Source: Pristiophorus japonicus
Taxonomy: Eukaryota
Reading direction: 5' to 3'
NCBI RefSeq assembly: GCF_044704955.1
Contig: NW_027252669.1
Location: 620,001-684,000, forward strand
Length of the DNA: 64,000 bases
Below are positions 33,901 to 47,820 of this stretch, in pieces. Position 1 is the first letter of the stretch, and each line of letters begins with the position of its first letter. Below the pieces are notes generated by a model, which saw only the letters and a program-made list of their open reading frames with translations, had not been told where the DNA came from and ran no database searches. Position numbers and translations under genes: made by a program.

Positions 33901-35285
33901 AAGAAACGCATAGATACGTTCATCTGTGAATTGCACAGCACTCTCCCAGGCATGGTAATGATGAAAGCCATAGCCAGATCCCATGTGTGCTGGCCTAGCG
34001 TCGTCTCAGATTTAGAGTCATGCGTGCACCAGTGCAAAACATGCTCTCAGCTGAGCAATGCACCCAGAGCGGCACCGCTAAGTTTGTGGTCGTGACCCTC
34101 CAAACCGTGGTCGAGGATCCATGTGGACTATGCGGGGACATTGCTGGGCAAAATGTTCTTGGTTGTCATGGATGCTTACTCAAAATGGATTGAATGTGTA
34201 ACAATGTCTGCAAGCACGTCCACGGTCACCTTTGAAAGCCTTTCAGCCATATTTGCCACGCAGGGCCTGCCTGATGTCCTACTCAGCGTCAATGGGCTGT
34301 GCTTCACCAGTGCTGAATTCAAGGAATTCATGATCCGCAATGGGACCAAGCACGTCAGATTTTCCCTACTCAACCTGCATCCAACGGCCAGGCAGAATGG
34401 GCAGTTCAGACCATTAAGCAAAGCTTGAAACGAGTGATGGAAGGCTCACTGCAGACCCGGCTATCCCGAGTGCTGCTCAGCTACCCACCAGACCCCAATC
34501 ACTCACCGGGGTTCGCCCAGACGAGCTGCTCATGAAAAGGGCGCTAAAAGCAGGACTCTCTCTTGTCCACCCTGACCTCATTGATCATGTGGAGGGCAAG
34601 TGGCATCAACAAAGTGTGTATCATGATCGCGCAAATTTGTCACGCGAAATTGAGGTCAATGAACCAGTGTTTGTACTCAGTTATGGACATGGTCCCAAAT
34701 GGCTCGCTGGTACGGTCATCACCAAAGAGGGGAGCAGGGTGTTTCAGGTCAAATTGGCCAATGGACAAACGTGCAGAAAAATTTGGACCAAATCAAATTG
34801 CGGTTCACCAACAGCTACGAACAACCCGTAGAAGACAACACCAACTTTGACCCTCCACAATACACACAAGTGGCAACCGACATGATGGTTGACCACAAAA
34901 CCGAACTCACCATCCCCAGCAGCCCGGCAAGGCCGGCTGCCCAGCTGCCGAGTAAAGAACTAACCAACCCACCCACACCCGCATTTGTACCGAGATGATC
35001 GACAAGGGAGCGAAAAGCCCCAGATTGTCTCACCATGTAAATAAGTGTACTATTAAATTTACGAGGGAGTGATGTTATTTATTTAACACCTTGCACCCTG
35101 TATTATATCAACACCAGTGTGACTATCTGTTGGAGTCCCAAGGGATCCCAGCATCACTTTGGACCACGGTATATAAGTAGGCCACTCACGAGGTACCGGC
35201 ACACTGGAGTCTTATTAAAGGAGCGAAGGTCACACTTGTTCATTATTCACAATACTCAATTTCATCCTTTATTACGAGTGTATCA
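30961..35285 (+). mobile_element. Decayed Ty3/Gypsy (Mag-like) LTR retrotransposon with gag-pol remnants
   Basis: gag FMERLDQYFVANE..LLTVCGATTYGL, CCHC knuckle remnants, GPTLFGRIWL, RT CGDYKVTINR/KLDL/VFQDEILV, RNase H ERAYSMIEKE, integrase WSRIHVDYAG; partial 5' LTR 30961-31050, PBS-like attggttgacgtgg, PPT gagggagtga. Confidence 0.93.
35073..35285 (+). mobile_element. 3' LTR (213 bp, TGTTA...TATCA)
   Basis: Follows the PPT; TATA-like tatataa and attaaa inside; its last ~90 bp match 30961-31050. Confidence 0.85.
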
Positions 35286-35289
35286 GATT

Positions 35290-36835
35290 GTACTGATAGG
35301 GCGATAAATACATATTCAATAGTAGCCTTCAAAAGGAAATTGTGTAAATACTTGAGGGAGAATAAAATTCAGGGATATAGGGAAAGAGCGGGGAGTGGGA
35401 CTAACTAGATTGCTCTTCGAAAGAGCCGGCACAGACACTATGGGCTGAATTGCCACCTTCTGTGCCGTACTATGAGTGATCATAATATTGTTGAATTTCA
35501 AATTCAGTTGGAGGGTGAGATAGTTTGATCTCAAACCCAGTGTCCAAACTTATTAAAGGAGACTGCAAAGGTATGAGGGAAGAGTTGGCTAAAAGGTACT
35601 GGTAAAATAGATAAAAGTGTGGGATGTTGATGAGCTGTGGCAGATATTTAAGGAGATATTTCATAACTCCCAACAAAAATATATGCAATGAGAAGGCAAG
35701 ATTGTAAGAGAAGGGATAAATATCCGCGGCCAAATAAGGAAATAAGGGATGGTATCAAATTCAAAACAAATGAGTACAATGTGGCCAAGCCAAATGGGAG
35801 GCCAGAGGACTGGGAAACTTTAAAAAACCAGCAACGATAAACTAAACAGATGATAAAGAGAGTGAAGATCGATTATAAAAGTAAACTAGCACGAAATATA
35901 AAAACAGATAGTAAGATTTTCTGCAGTTCCATAAAAAGGAAAAGAGTGGCTAAAGTAAATGTTGATCACGTGTAGGATGAGACTGCGGAATTAATAATAG
36001 AGAAAAGGGAAATGGCAGAGATGTTGAGCAAATATTTTGTATCCATCTTCATGGTAGAAGGCACTAAAAACATCCCAATAGTGGATAATCAAAGGGCTAT
36101 AGGGAGGGACGAACTTATTACTATCACTGTCAATAATGAAGTCATCTCAGTAAAATAATGGGACTAAAGGCGGACAAGTCCCATGTACCTGATGGCTTAC
36201 AAGGGTCTTAAAAGAAGTGGCTGTCGAAAGAGTGGATACATTGGTTGCAATCTAGCAACATTCCCTGGAACAGAGTATTGGCTAACAAACAGATCAGCGA
36301 GTCGCGATAAATGAGTCATTTTCCGGTTGGAAAACAGTGACTGTTGAATATATCTAACCAACTGACCACAACAACTTTATGTGGTAGAGAATTCCACAGG
36401 TTTACAATTCTCTGAGTGAAGAGGTTTCTCCTCGTGTCGGTCGTAAATGACTTACCGCTTATTCTTAGACTGTCACCCCTGATTTTGGACTTCTCCTACA
36501 TCGGGAACATTCTTCCTGTTTCTTACTGTCCAATTGCGTCAGAATTTCATATGTCTCATTCTTCTAAACTCCATTGAATATAAGACTAGTTAATCCAATC
36601 TTTCTTCATATGTCAGTCCTGTCATCCCGGGAATCAGTCTGGTGAACCTTCGCTGCACTCCCTAAATAGCAAGTACGTCCTTCTTCAGATTAGGAGATCA
36701 AAACTACACACATTACTCAAGGTTTGGTCTCATCAAGGCCATGTACAACTACAATAAGACTTCTCTGCTCCTATACTCAAATCCCTTCGATATGAATGCC
36801 AGCATGTCATTTGCTTTCTTTACTGCCTGCTGTAG
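35290..36835. mobile_element. Mosaic of CR1 fragments (plus to ~36345, then minus)
   Basis: Homologous to 43335-43800 and 57475-58460; the minus-strand CR1 piece resembles 23600-24090. Confidence 0.8.
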
Positions 36836-37285
36836 CTGCATGCCAAGTTTATATTAAACTAGAACTTGCCTCAGTTAATATGGCATTAAATGCTGTAACT
36901 CCCGGGACATGTACAACATGCGTCAGATACAGAGTAAAGCTCCTTCTAAACTGCTCCATCAAATACCCCGAGGGCAGGTACAGCATGGTTTAGAAGTAAT
37001 GTAAAGCACCATTTATGCATCACCATTAAATGCTACCAGGTCAGATACAACCAGTTTAGTTTAATGTTAACTCCCTCCACACTGTCCCATGAAACACTCC
37101 CAGATCATTTAATTGACGGGTCATATTTTGGATTATAGCTCCCTCTGCACATTCCAATCAATTTGGTTCAAGGCATATCATTATGGCTCAAGGAAAACTT
37201 TTGTTAGTTGTTGATATCTAGTTGTGGGGGAATGCCCATTATCCATTTTTGAGAGACAAGATGGAAAGATAGGACAAGACGGAAT

Positions 37286-40200
37286 GGGGAATAGATAGGC
37301 GTTTCTGCCGCCGCAACCGAGACTCCAGGATGATATGCAGCTAGTGTCAAGGATGTCTCAGAGCGGGTGCAGGACATTCTAAAAAGGGAGGGAGAACAGC
37401 CAGTTGTCGTGGTGCACATTGGTACCAACGACATAGGTACAAAAAAGGGATGAGGTCCGACGAGACGAATTTAAGGAGCTAGGAGCTAAATTAAAAAGTA
37501 GGACCTCAAAAGTAGTAATCTCGGGATTGCGACCAGTGCCACGTGCTAGTCAGAGTAGGAATCGCAGGAAAGCGCAGATGAATACGTGGCTTCAGCTGTG
37601 GTGCATCAGGGAGGGATTCAATTTCGTGGGACATTGGAACAGGGGAGGTGGGACCAGTACAAACCGGACGGTCTGCACCTGGGCAGGACCGGAAGCAATG
37701 TCCTCGGGCGAGTGTTTGCTCGTGCTGTTGGGGAGGAGTTAAACTAATATGGTAGAGGGATGTGAAACAATGCAGGCAGACAGAGGGAAACAAAAAGGAG
37801 ACAAAAGCAAAAGACAGAAAGGAGATGAGCAAAAGTGGAGGGCAGAGAATCCCAAGGCAAAAAACAAAAAGGGCCACTGAATATAAAGGGGCTGCAGGAG
37901 GGGTCAAAACTAGAAATCATGGTTAAAAAACTAGGTTTAAACCATTCTACATAAACGCACGCAGCATTCGAGATAAAGTAAATGAGTTGACGGCACAAAT
38001 CATTACAAATGGGTATGATTTGATGACCATTACATAATCATGGTTGCAAGGTTCCAAGACTGGGAATTAAACATACAGGTGTATTTGACGATTCGGAAAG
38101 ATAGACAAGAAGGGAAAGGAGGTGTGGTAGCTCTGTTAATAAAGAATGATATCAGGGCAGTTGTCAGAGACGATATTGACTCTAATGAACAAAATGTTGA
38201 ACCATTGTGGGTGGAGATTAGAGTTAGTAAGGGGAAAAAGTCACTGGTGGGCGTAATGTATAGGCCCACAAATAACAACTTCACGGTGGGGCATACAATA
38301 ATCAAGGAATGATGGAGGCATGTGAAAAAGGAACGGCAGTAGTCATGGGGGATTTTAACCTACATTTCGATTGGTCAACTCAAATCGCACGGGGTAGCCT
38401 GGAGGAGGAATTCATAGAATGCATACGGGATTGTTTCTTAGAACAGTATGTTACAGAACCTAAAGGGAGCAAGCTATCTTAGATCCAGTCCTATGTAATG
38501 AAACAGGAAAAATAAACGATCACCAAGTAAAAGATGCTCTCGGAATGAGCGATCACAGTATGGTTGAATTTGAAATATAGATTGAGGGTGAGGCAGTTGT
38601 GTCAGAAACGAGCGTACTATGCTTAAACAAATGGGACTACAGTGGGATGAAGGCAGAGTTGGCTAAAGTAGACTGGAAACACAGACTAAACGGTGGCACA
38701 ATTGAGGAACAGTGGAGGACTTTTAAGGAGCTCTTTCACAGTGCGCAACTAAAATATATTCCAATGAAAAAGAAGGGTGGTAAGAGAAGGGATAACCAGC
38801 CATGGATAACCAATGAAATAAAGCAGAGTATCAAATCAAAGACCAATGCGTATAAGGTGGCCAAGTTTAGTGGGAAACTAGAGGATTGGGAACATTTTAA
38901 ACAACAGCAATGAATGACTAAAAAAGCAATAAAGAAAGGAAAGATAGATTACGAAGGTAAACTTGCACAGAACATAAAAACAGATCGTAAAAGCATTTAC
39001 AGATATGTAAAACGGAAAAGATTGACTAAGGTAAATGTTGGTCCCTTGGAAGATGAGAAGGGGGATTTAATAATGGGAAATGTGGAAATGGCTGAGACTT
39101 TAAACAATTATTTTGCTTCGGTCTTCACAGTGGAAGACACAAAATCCATGCCAAAAATTGCTGGTCACATGAATGTGGGAAGGGAGGACCTTGAGACAAT
39201 CACTATCACTAGGGGGGTAGTGCTGGACAGGCTAATGGGACTCAAGGTAACAAAGTCCCCTGGTTCTGATGAAATGCATCCCAGGGTATTAAAAGAGATG
39301 GCGGAAGTTATAGCAGATACATTTGTTATAAACTACCAAAATTCTCTGGACTCTGGAGAGGTACCATCGGATTGGAAAGCAGCTAATGTAACGCCTCTGT
39401 TTAAAAAAGGTGGCAGACAAAAGGCAGGTAACTATAGGCCGGTTAGTTTAACATCTGTAGTGGGGAAAATGCTTGAAACTATCATTAAGGAAGAAATAGC
39501 AGGACATCTAGATAGGAATAGTACAATCAAGCAGACGCAGCATGGATTCATGAAGGGGAAATCATGTTTAACTAATTTACTGGAATTCTTTGAGGATATA
39601 ACGAGCATGGTGGATCAAGGTGTACCGCTGGATGTGGTGTATTTAGAATCCAAAAGGCATTCGATAAGGTGCCACACAAAATGTTACTGCAGAAGATAGA
39701 GGTGCGCAGATTCAGAGGAAATATTTTAGCATGCATAGAGAATTGGCTGGCGAACAAAAAGCAGAAAGTCGGGATAAATGGGTCCTTTTCGGGTTGGAAA
39801 TCGGTGGTTAGTGGTGTGCCACAGGGATCGATGCTGGGACCACAACTGTTAACAATATACATAGATGACCTGGAAGAGGGGACAGAGAGTAATGTAACAA
39901 CATTTGCAGATGACACAAAGATTACTGGGAAAGCGGGTTGTGTGGGGGACACAGAGGGGCTGCAAAGAGATTTGGATAGGTTAAGCGAATGGGCTAAGGT
40001 TTTGCAGATGGAATACAATATTGGAAAGTGCGAAGTCATCCACCTTGGGAAAAAAAACAGTAAAAGGGAATATTATTTGAATGGGGACATATTGCATCAT
40101 GTTGAGGTGCAGAGGGACCTGGGGGTCCTTGTGCATGAATCCCAAAATGTAGTTTGCAGGTGCAGCAGGTAATCAGGAAGGCGAAAGGAATGTTGGCCTT

Positions 40201-40841
40201 CATTGCGAGAGGGATGTAGTACAAAAGCAGGGAGGTCCTGCTGCAACTTTATAGGGTATTGGAAAGGCCGCACCTGGAGTACTGCGTGCAGTTTTGGTCA
40301 CCTTACTTAAGGAATGATATACTGGCTTTGGAGGGGGTACAGAGACGATTCACTAGGCTGATTCCGGAGATGAGGGGGTTCCTTATGATGATAGATTAAG
40401 TAGACTGGGTCTTTACTCGTTGGAGTTCAGAAGCATGAGGGTGATCTTATTGAAACATTTATAATAATGAAAGGGATAGACAAGATAGAGGCGGAGATGT
40501 TGTTTCCACTGGTCGAACTAGGGGGCACAGCATCAAAATACGGGGGAGCCAATTTAAAACCGAGTTGAGAAGGAATTTCTTCGCCCAGAATGTTGTGAAT
40601 CTGTGGAATTCTCTGCCCAAGGATGCAGTTGAGGCGAGCTCATTGAATGTATTCAAGTCACAGATAGATAGATTTTGAACCAATAGGGGAATTAAGGGTT
40701 ACAGGGAGTGGGCGGGTAAGTGGAGCTGAATCCACGGCCAGATCAGCCATGATCTTATTGAATGCCAGAGCAGGCTCGAGGGGCTAGATGGACTACTCCT
40801 GTTCCTAATCCTGTTCCTAATTCTTATGTTCTTATGTTCTT
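37286..40841 (+). mobile_element. Relatively young 3.6-kb CR1 LINE: ORF1 C-terminus (SGNH esterase-like) plus disrupted ORF2 (APE endonuclease + RT)
   Basis: VVVHIGTNDI in ORF1; ORF2 YINARSIRDK, VMGDFN, NYRPVSLTSVVGK, QHGFMKGKSCLTNL, GVPQGSMLGP, FADDTK; 261-aa open segment 38914-39699; tail cttatgttcttatgttctt; interrupts the duplicated block at ggaaag|tggaaatagg. Confidence 0.95.
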
Positions 40842-42929
40842 AAAGTAGAAATAGGAGAGGGAGAGGATACAGGAAATCCCCACTGACATTTGTGATGTCA
40901 CTGTACACGGTGACAAGCATCTTACCCCATTCTGTCTGTGGGTATCATCTTTAATTTATTCTCCTTTAATTTAGAGAAATGTACCAAAAAACAATTGTTG
41001 CTAGAATCTGTTGAGACATTTGCATTTCTTTCTCTGTTTATTTCTCTGCTGTGTTGCTGGGGAAACACTTATTGTGTTTCTGTCACACAATACTCTATTC
41101 TGGGACCTCTATTTCTGTGTTTATTGACTTAAACGCCTCACTGGTTCCCATCAAGTGTTCATGGCAGCAAAATCAGATCAACAGAGTCACTTATTGATTA
41201 ATTTCAAGTCACAACAAGGGCTTATGTTAAGAATATTAACAGTTGGAACAACATTAATAGAAATATCTCGAAACGTAATGTCGGGTTCTGTTTTGTTCAA
41301 TTAGAACAGATGTGATTTCTATCAAAGGGAATAAATATTAAAATTGATGATTCTGTTCTGAAAGTTCTGCTGCTGAAATCAATGGAACATCCCTGAACAG
41401 GCTGCTATTCCACTGGATCTCCAGTTAATGGAAGATTTAATCCACTGAAACTAAACAAATTAAAACAGTGACCAGAGGAATGTCCTGCAATTGCATTGAT
41501 GTTTGAGCTTTTTACATAGCGCAAGTTGTATTTTCAAATTTTGACATTTACAAACACCTTGCATAGATTATGGGCTCAGGTATCTGGAGTGGTGTTTAGT
41601 ATCTGTGCCCTTCTGAGTCAGAGGAAAGAGCGATCCCACGGAGCCGAGAATTGAACATATGACAGCTTGTATTTTAAAATGCTGCCATTCAGCTCATCGC
41701 GTCTGAAGTTGAGTGCCTGAGCCGAGTCTTACACCGATCGGTTTAATTTCAGGTGCGAGTTCTCGTATCTTGCCTGCGGTGTCGTTTCCACAGTGGGATC
41801 TCCACTGGGTCCATATAAAAGTATGAGTGATTCCACAAGGAACAACTGGAAGTGCCCGAGGACGCAGGACTCACGGAACTTGAGTTAAACACTGTGTGAG
41901 CTGCACCATCAGAGCAGCTGGAAGCTGGGACTGTCCTCCTTCGAGCCTAGCAGGATCTGGGCACTTATCAGAGGTGTTCAAAATGATGAGGAGTTTTGAT
42001 CTTGTAATTTGGGATATACTCCATCACTCCCTCCACCCATCCCTCCTGCCCTCCATACCTCCAGCCCTCCATCCATCAATCGCTCCCTCCCTGCACCATC
42101 TCGCCCTCCCTACCTACATCCCTCCAACCCTCCATCACTCCACCCATCCCTTGCTCCAATCCTCCCAGCCTCTATCCCTCCTTTGGCCCAACCGATTTTT
42201 ATTTTTCTCTTTGCAGTTTCTCTCCTTCCAGCTATTAGAATTACTCAGCTGGAATTTTATGAATCCATTTCCTTCACCGGGCTTTCACACATATATACAT
42301 ATAAGAGAGACAGCGAAGTTCAATATATATAGCTAACCCCACCCCAAATAAAACTGACAGAGATAAAAATGGTGAAATTTCCGGAGAGGGAGTTGGCTGG
42401 GGAACTGGCACTGGTTAGAAATTCTAGTTGGGGCAATCAGGGTAATTTTCCTTCTTTAAATAAAACAAATAAGGATAACAATTTAAAAGCTTGTTTTAAG
42501 ACATCGTGGACTTTCAGCTGTTTCTTTCCCTCCACCTTCTCACTGTTCAGGACAGGCCAGTTCCCGCCTGGAGCTCTCTGTCATTCTGTGTACAGGACGG
42601 TAGCAGACACGTATTCGCTACGTAGACTGACTTGGAGAAGCTGGGGCTGTTCTCCTTACAGCAGAGAAGGGTGAGAGCAGATTTACCAGATTGGTACCAG
42701 GGATGAAAGACTAGGAACACTAGTTAGGACCCAGCTGGAATAATGTGTTCAATTCTGAGCACCACACTTTAGGAAGGACGTGAAGACCTTCGAGAGGGTA
42801 CAGAAGCAATTTACTGGAAAGGCATCAGGAATGGGGGTTTCAACTTACGTGGAGAGACTGGAAAAGATGGGGCTGTTCTCCTTCGAGCAGAGAATGTTAA
42901 GAGGAAATTTAGTAGACTAGTACGAGGCA

Positions 42930-43107
42930 GCGGAAGGAGCGTGCAGCAAACCAGTCTGACCCACCCTTTCCTTCAACGGCTGGATTTCCCACCTGCGACA
43001 GAGACTGTAAATCCCAAATTGGACTGTTCAGTCACGTAAGAACTCACTTTTAGAGTGGACGCAAGTCTTCCTCGACTTCCAGGGGCTGCCTATGCCTATG
43101 ATGATGA
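42930..43107 (+). mobile_element. RTE 3'-end fragment (paralogs 30805-30961, 56965-57142)
   Basis: ttttagagtgga.gcaagtcttcctcga...gcctatgatgatga; matches the 3'UTR of the RTE at 15651. Confidence 0.75.
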
Positions 43108-43109
43108 CC

Positions 43110-46100
43110 AGGAAAGAGGGACATCAGTTAATGTGGAGAGACTGGAGAATATTTTATTGGTCTCCTTAGAGGAGAGAAGACGAAGAGAAGATTTGATAGA
43201 AGTGTTTAACATCATCAAGGGTTTAGATAGAGTAACTAAATATAAACTGTTTCAGATGTAAGGTGATTAACAAAAGAACTAGAGGCGATATGTGGACGAA
43301 CTTCTCTATGCAACCACTAGTTAGGATTTGGAGAGTATGGCCTGATAGGGTGCTAGATGCAGATTCAATAGTATCTTTCAAAAGGAAATTGTATAAATAC
43401 TTGAATGAGAATAAAAAGCAGGGATATCGGGAAAGAGTGGGGGAGTGGGACTAAGTGGATTGCTCTTCGAAATAGCCAGCACAGACTCTATGGACTGAAT
43501 TGCCACTTTCTGTGCCGGACTGATCTATGAGTGACCATAACGTGGTTGAATTTCAAATTCAGTTGGAGGTAGAGAGAGTTCATTGTCAAACCAGTGTCCT
43601 CAGGTTTAATCAATAAGACTACAAAGGTATGAGGGCGGAGTTGGCCAAAGTGGACTCGGAAAATAGATAAACGTATGGGGCAGTTGATGAGCAGTGACAG
43701 ACAATTAACGAAATATTTCATGTCTCTCAACAAAAATATATCCCAATTAAGAGAAGGGATAACCATCCGTCGCTAAATAAGGAAATAAAAGGCAACAAAT
43801 GAAAGACTAACAAAATGATTAGAAAAATAGAAACATAGAATCATGTAAAATACTTCCAGGAGTAGGCCATTCGACCCTTCGAGCCTGCTCCACCATTCTA
43901 CATGATCATGACTGATCATTCAATTTCAGTACCGCATGAATGCTTTCTCTCCATACGCCTTGATACATTTGGCCAAAATGGCCACATCGAACTCCCTTTT
44001 GAATATATCCAGCGAACTGGCATCAACAACTTTCTGTGGTAGGAAATTCCACAGGTTCAAAATTCTCTGAGTGAACATAGACTATGTATGTTAATTAGCA
44101 TGAAATATATATATACAGATAGCAAGAGTTTCTATAGGAATATAAAAAGGAAAGATTGGCGAGACTTAATGTTGGTCCCTTAGAGGACTAGACCGGGGAA
44201 TTAGTAATGGAGAACATGGAAATGGCAGAAACTCTGAACAAATATTTTGTATTCGTCTTAGTTTTAAATGCCTGGCCCCTTATTCTAACATCATTCCCTC
44301 CAGTTCTAGTGTCCCCTATCGATGGAAACATCCTCTCTGCACCCACCTTGTCAAGCCCCCTCATAATCTATTAGGTTTCGAGAGGATCACCTCTCATTCT
44401 TCTGAATTCCAAAGAGTAGAGGTCCAACCTCCTCAACCTTTCCCCATAATCAATCCCCTCATCTCTGGAAGCATCCTTGTGAAACTTCTCTGAACGTCCT
44501 CCAAAGCAAGTATATCATTTCGTAAATATGGGAACCAAAACTGCACGGAGTATTCCACGTGTGGCCTCACTTATATCCTGGGCAACTGTAGCAAGACCTC
44601 CCTGCTTTTATACTCCATCCCCTTTGCAATAAAGGCCAAGATTCCATTGGCCTTATTGATCACTTGCTGTACCTGCATACTAACCTTTTGTGTTTCATGC
44701 ACAAATGCCCCAGGTCCTGCTGTACTGCAGTACTTTGCAATCTTTCTCCATTTAAATAATAACTTGCTCTTTGATTTTTTTCTGTCAGAGTGCATAACCT
44801 CATATTTTACAACATTATACTCCTCTGACAAAGTTTTGCCAAATCACGTAGCCTGTCTATGTCCTTTTGCAGATTTTATGTGTTCTCCTCACACATTGCT
44901 TTTCCTCCCATCTTTGTATCATCGACAAACTTGATTATGTTACACTCAGTCCCTTTCTCCAAGTCGTTAATATTGATTGTAAATCGTTGGGGACCTAGCA
45001 CTGATTCCTGCGACACCCTACTGGTTAATGATTGTCAACCCGAGAATGAACTATGTATCCCTACTCTCTGCTTTCTGTTCATAAGCCAATCCTCTATCCA
45101 TGCTAATATATTACTCCCAACCCCGTGAACTTCTATCTTGCACAGTAACCTTTTATGTAGCACCTTGTCAAATGCCTTGTGGAAGTCGAACTGCAACACA
45201 TCAATGTGTTCCCCTTTATCCACCCTGTTCATTACATCCTCAAATAATTCTAGCAAATTTGTGAAACATGACTTACCTTCATAAATCCATGCTGACTCTT
45301 CCTGACAGAATTATGCTTTTCCAAAAGTTCTACTACTGCTTCTTTAATAATGAACTCCAACATTTTCCCAACTTCAGATGTTAGGCGAACTGTTCTATAA
45401 TTCCTAGCTATTTGTCTGCCTCCTTTTTAAATTGGGGCGTTAAATTTGCAGTATTCCACTCTGCTGGGGCCTCTCCAGAATCAGGGGAATTTTGGTAAAT
45501 TACAACCAATGCATCCACTATCCCTGTCTAAACTTCTCTTAAGATGCAAGGATGCAAGCCATCAGGTCCAGGGAATTTATCTGCCTTTAGTCAATTATCT
45601 TACTGTGCACCGCCTCCTTCGTGATTGTGATTGTGTTAAGTTCCTCGCCCCGCTACAGCCCATTGACGATCCACTGTTGGAATATTTTTAGTGTCCTCTA
45701 CCCTAAAGACTGATAAAAAATATTTGTTCAGCGTTCTGCCATCTCCATGTTCCCAATTCCTAATACCATAGTCTCGTCCTCGAAGGGACCAACATTTACT
45801 CCAGCCACTCTTTTACTTTTTATATACCTACAGAAACTCTTGCGATCTATTTTTATATTTCGTGCCAGTTTACTTTCATACTCCATCTTTCCTTTCTAAA
45901 TCATTGTTTTAGTCGTGCTTCGATGGCTTTTTAACGTTTCCAAATCTTCTGTCCTCCCATTAGACTTGGCCAGTTAGCGCTTGTTTTTAATTGAATACCG
46001 TCCTTTATTTTCTTAGTTAGCCATGGATTGATATCCTTTCTCTTACACCCTTTCGTCCTCAACAGAAAATATTTTTCTTGAGAGATCTTTGAGCGATGAG

Positions 46101-46235
46101 GGAATAAATGGTTATGGGGAGTGATCAGAGAAGTTGAGCTGAGTCCATGATCAGATCAGCCATGATCTTATTAAATGGTGGAGCAGGCTCAAGGGGCCAG
46201 GTGGCCTACTCCGAATCCTATTTCTTCTGTTGTTA
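43110..46235. mobile_element. Nested/inverted CR1 fragments
   Basis: Plus and minus CR1 pieces; 44260-46085 is minus-strand ORF2 (DFHKAFDKV), followed by a plus-strand 3' tail at 46085-46235. Confidence 0.85.
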
Positions 46236-46239
46236 TCAT

Positions 46240-47820
46240 TATATTACGCTAGGCACTGTCACTATTTATATCACACTCGACCCTGTCTCTGTTTATATTA
46301 CACTAGACCCTGTCTCATTTAACATTACACTAGACAATGTCTCTGTTTTTATCACACTCGGCCCTGTCTCTTCTTAAATTACAGTAGACCCTGTCTCTAT
46401 TTACATTACACTAGCCCTGTCTCTGTTTATATTACACTAGATCCTGTCTCATTTAATATTACACTAGACGATGTCTCTGTTTATATTGCACTAGGCCCTG
46501 TCTATATATATATTACACTAGGCCCTGTCTCTGTTTATATTACACTAGACCCTGTCTCTGTTTATATTACAGGAGACCATGTCTCTGTTTATATTGCACT
46601 CTGCCCTGTCTCTGTTTATATTACACTAGGCCCTGTCTCGATTTACATTACACTAGACCCTGTCTCTGTTTATATTACACTAGACCCTGTCTCTGTTTAT
46701 ATTACACTGGACCCTGTCTCTCTTTATATTACACTTGACCGTGTCTCCGTTTATAAAACACTTGAGCCTGTCTCTGTTTATAATACACTGGGCCCTGTTT
46801 CTGTTTTGATTACATGAGTCCATGTCTCTGTGTATGTAACTCTGGACCCTGTTTCTGTTTATATTAGACTGGACGATTTCTCTGTTTATATTACACTAGA
46901 CCCTGTCTCAGTTTATATTACACTAGACCTGCCTCTGTTTATATTACACTAGATCGTGTCTCATTTAATGTTACACCAGACGATGTCTCTGTTTATATTG
47001 CACACGGCCCTGTCTATATGTATATTGCACTAGGCCCTGTCTCTGTTTATATAACACTAGGCCCTGTCTCTGTTTATATTACACTAGACCCTGTCTCTGT
47101 TTATATTACACTCGACCCTGTCCCTGTTTATATTACACGAGACTCTGTTTCTGTTTTTGTTACACGAGATCCTGTCTCTGTAAATGTTACACTAGACCTT
47201 GTCTCTGTTTATATTACAGGAGACCCTGTTCCTGTTTATATTACACTAATCCCTGTCTCTGTTTATATTTTATAGACCCTGTCTCCGTTGATATTACACT
47301 AGACCCTGTCCCTGTTTATATTACACCAGACCCTGTATCTGTTTATATTGCACTAGACCCTGTCCCTGTTTATATTACACTACACCCTGTCCCTGTTTAT
47401 ATTACAAATTACCCCGACCCTGTTTAAATTACGCTGGACCCGGTCTCTGTTTGTAATTCACTACACTCTGCCCCTATTGATATTACACCACACCCTGACC
47501 CTGTTTATATTACACTAGCCCCTGTCTCTTTTTATATTACAATGGACACTTTCTCTGTTTGTATTACACTAGGCACTGTCTCTGTTTAGATTACAGTGCA
47601 CCCTGTCTCTGTTTGTATTACACTAGGCCCTGTCCCTATTTATATTGCACTAGACCTTGTCTCTGTTTATTTTACTCTACACCCTGTCTCTGTTTATATT
47701 ACAAAAGATACTGTCCCTGTCTCTATTACACTCGACTCTGTCTCTGATTATATACACTCGACAATGTCTCTGTTTATATTGCACGAGACCCTGTCTCCAT
47801 TTATGTTACACTGGGCCATG
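46240..47820 (+). repeat. Largest 27-bp minisatellite array (~58 units)
   Basis: gtttatattacactagaccctgtctct repeated. Confidence 0.95.

Noticed and set aside
38914-39699. 261-aa ORF as a host gene or active LINE
   Set aside because: It is a CR1 ORF2 fragment bounded by stops and frameshifts in a 5'-truncated element
46240-47820. ITLDPVSVY-repeat proteins (also 15298-15675, 60513-60989)
   Set aside because: Artefact of a 27-bp (9-codon) minisatellite that lacks stops in one frame
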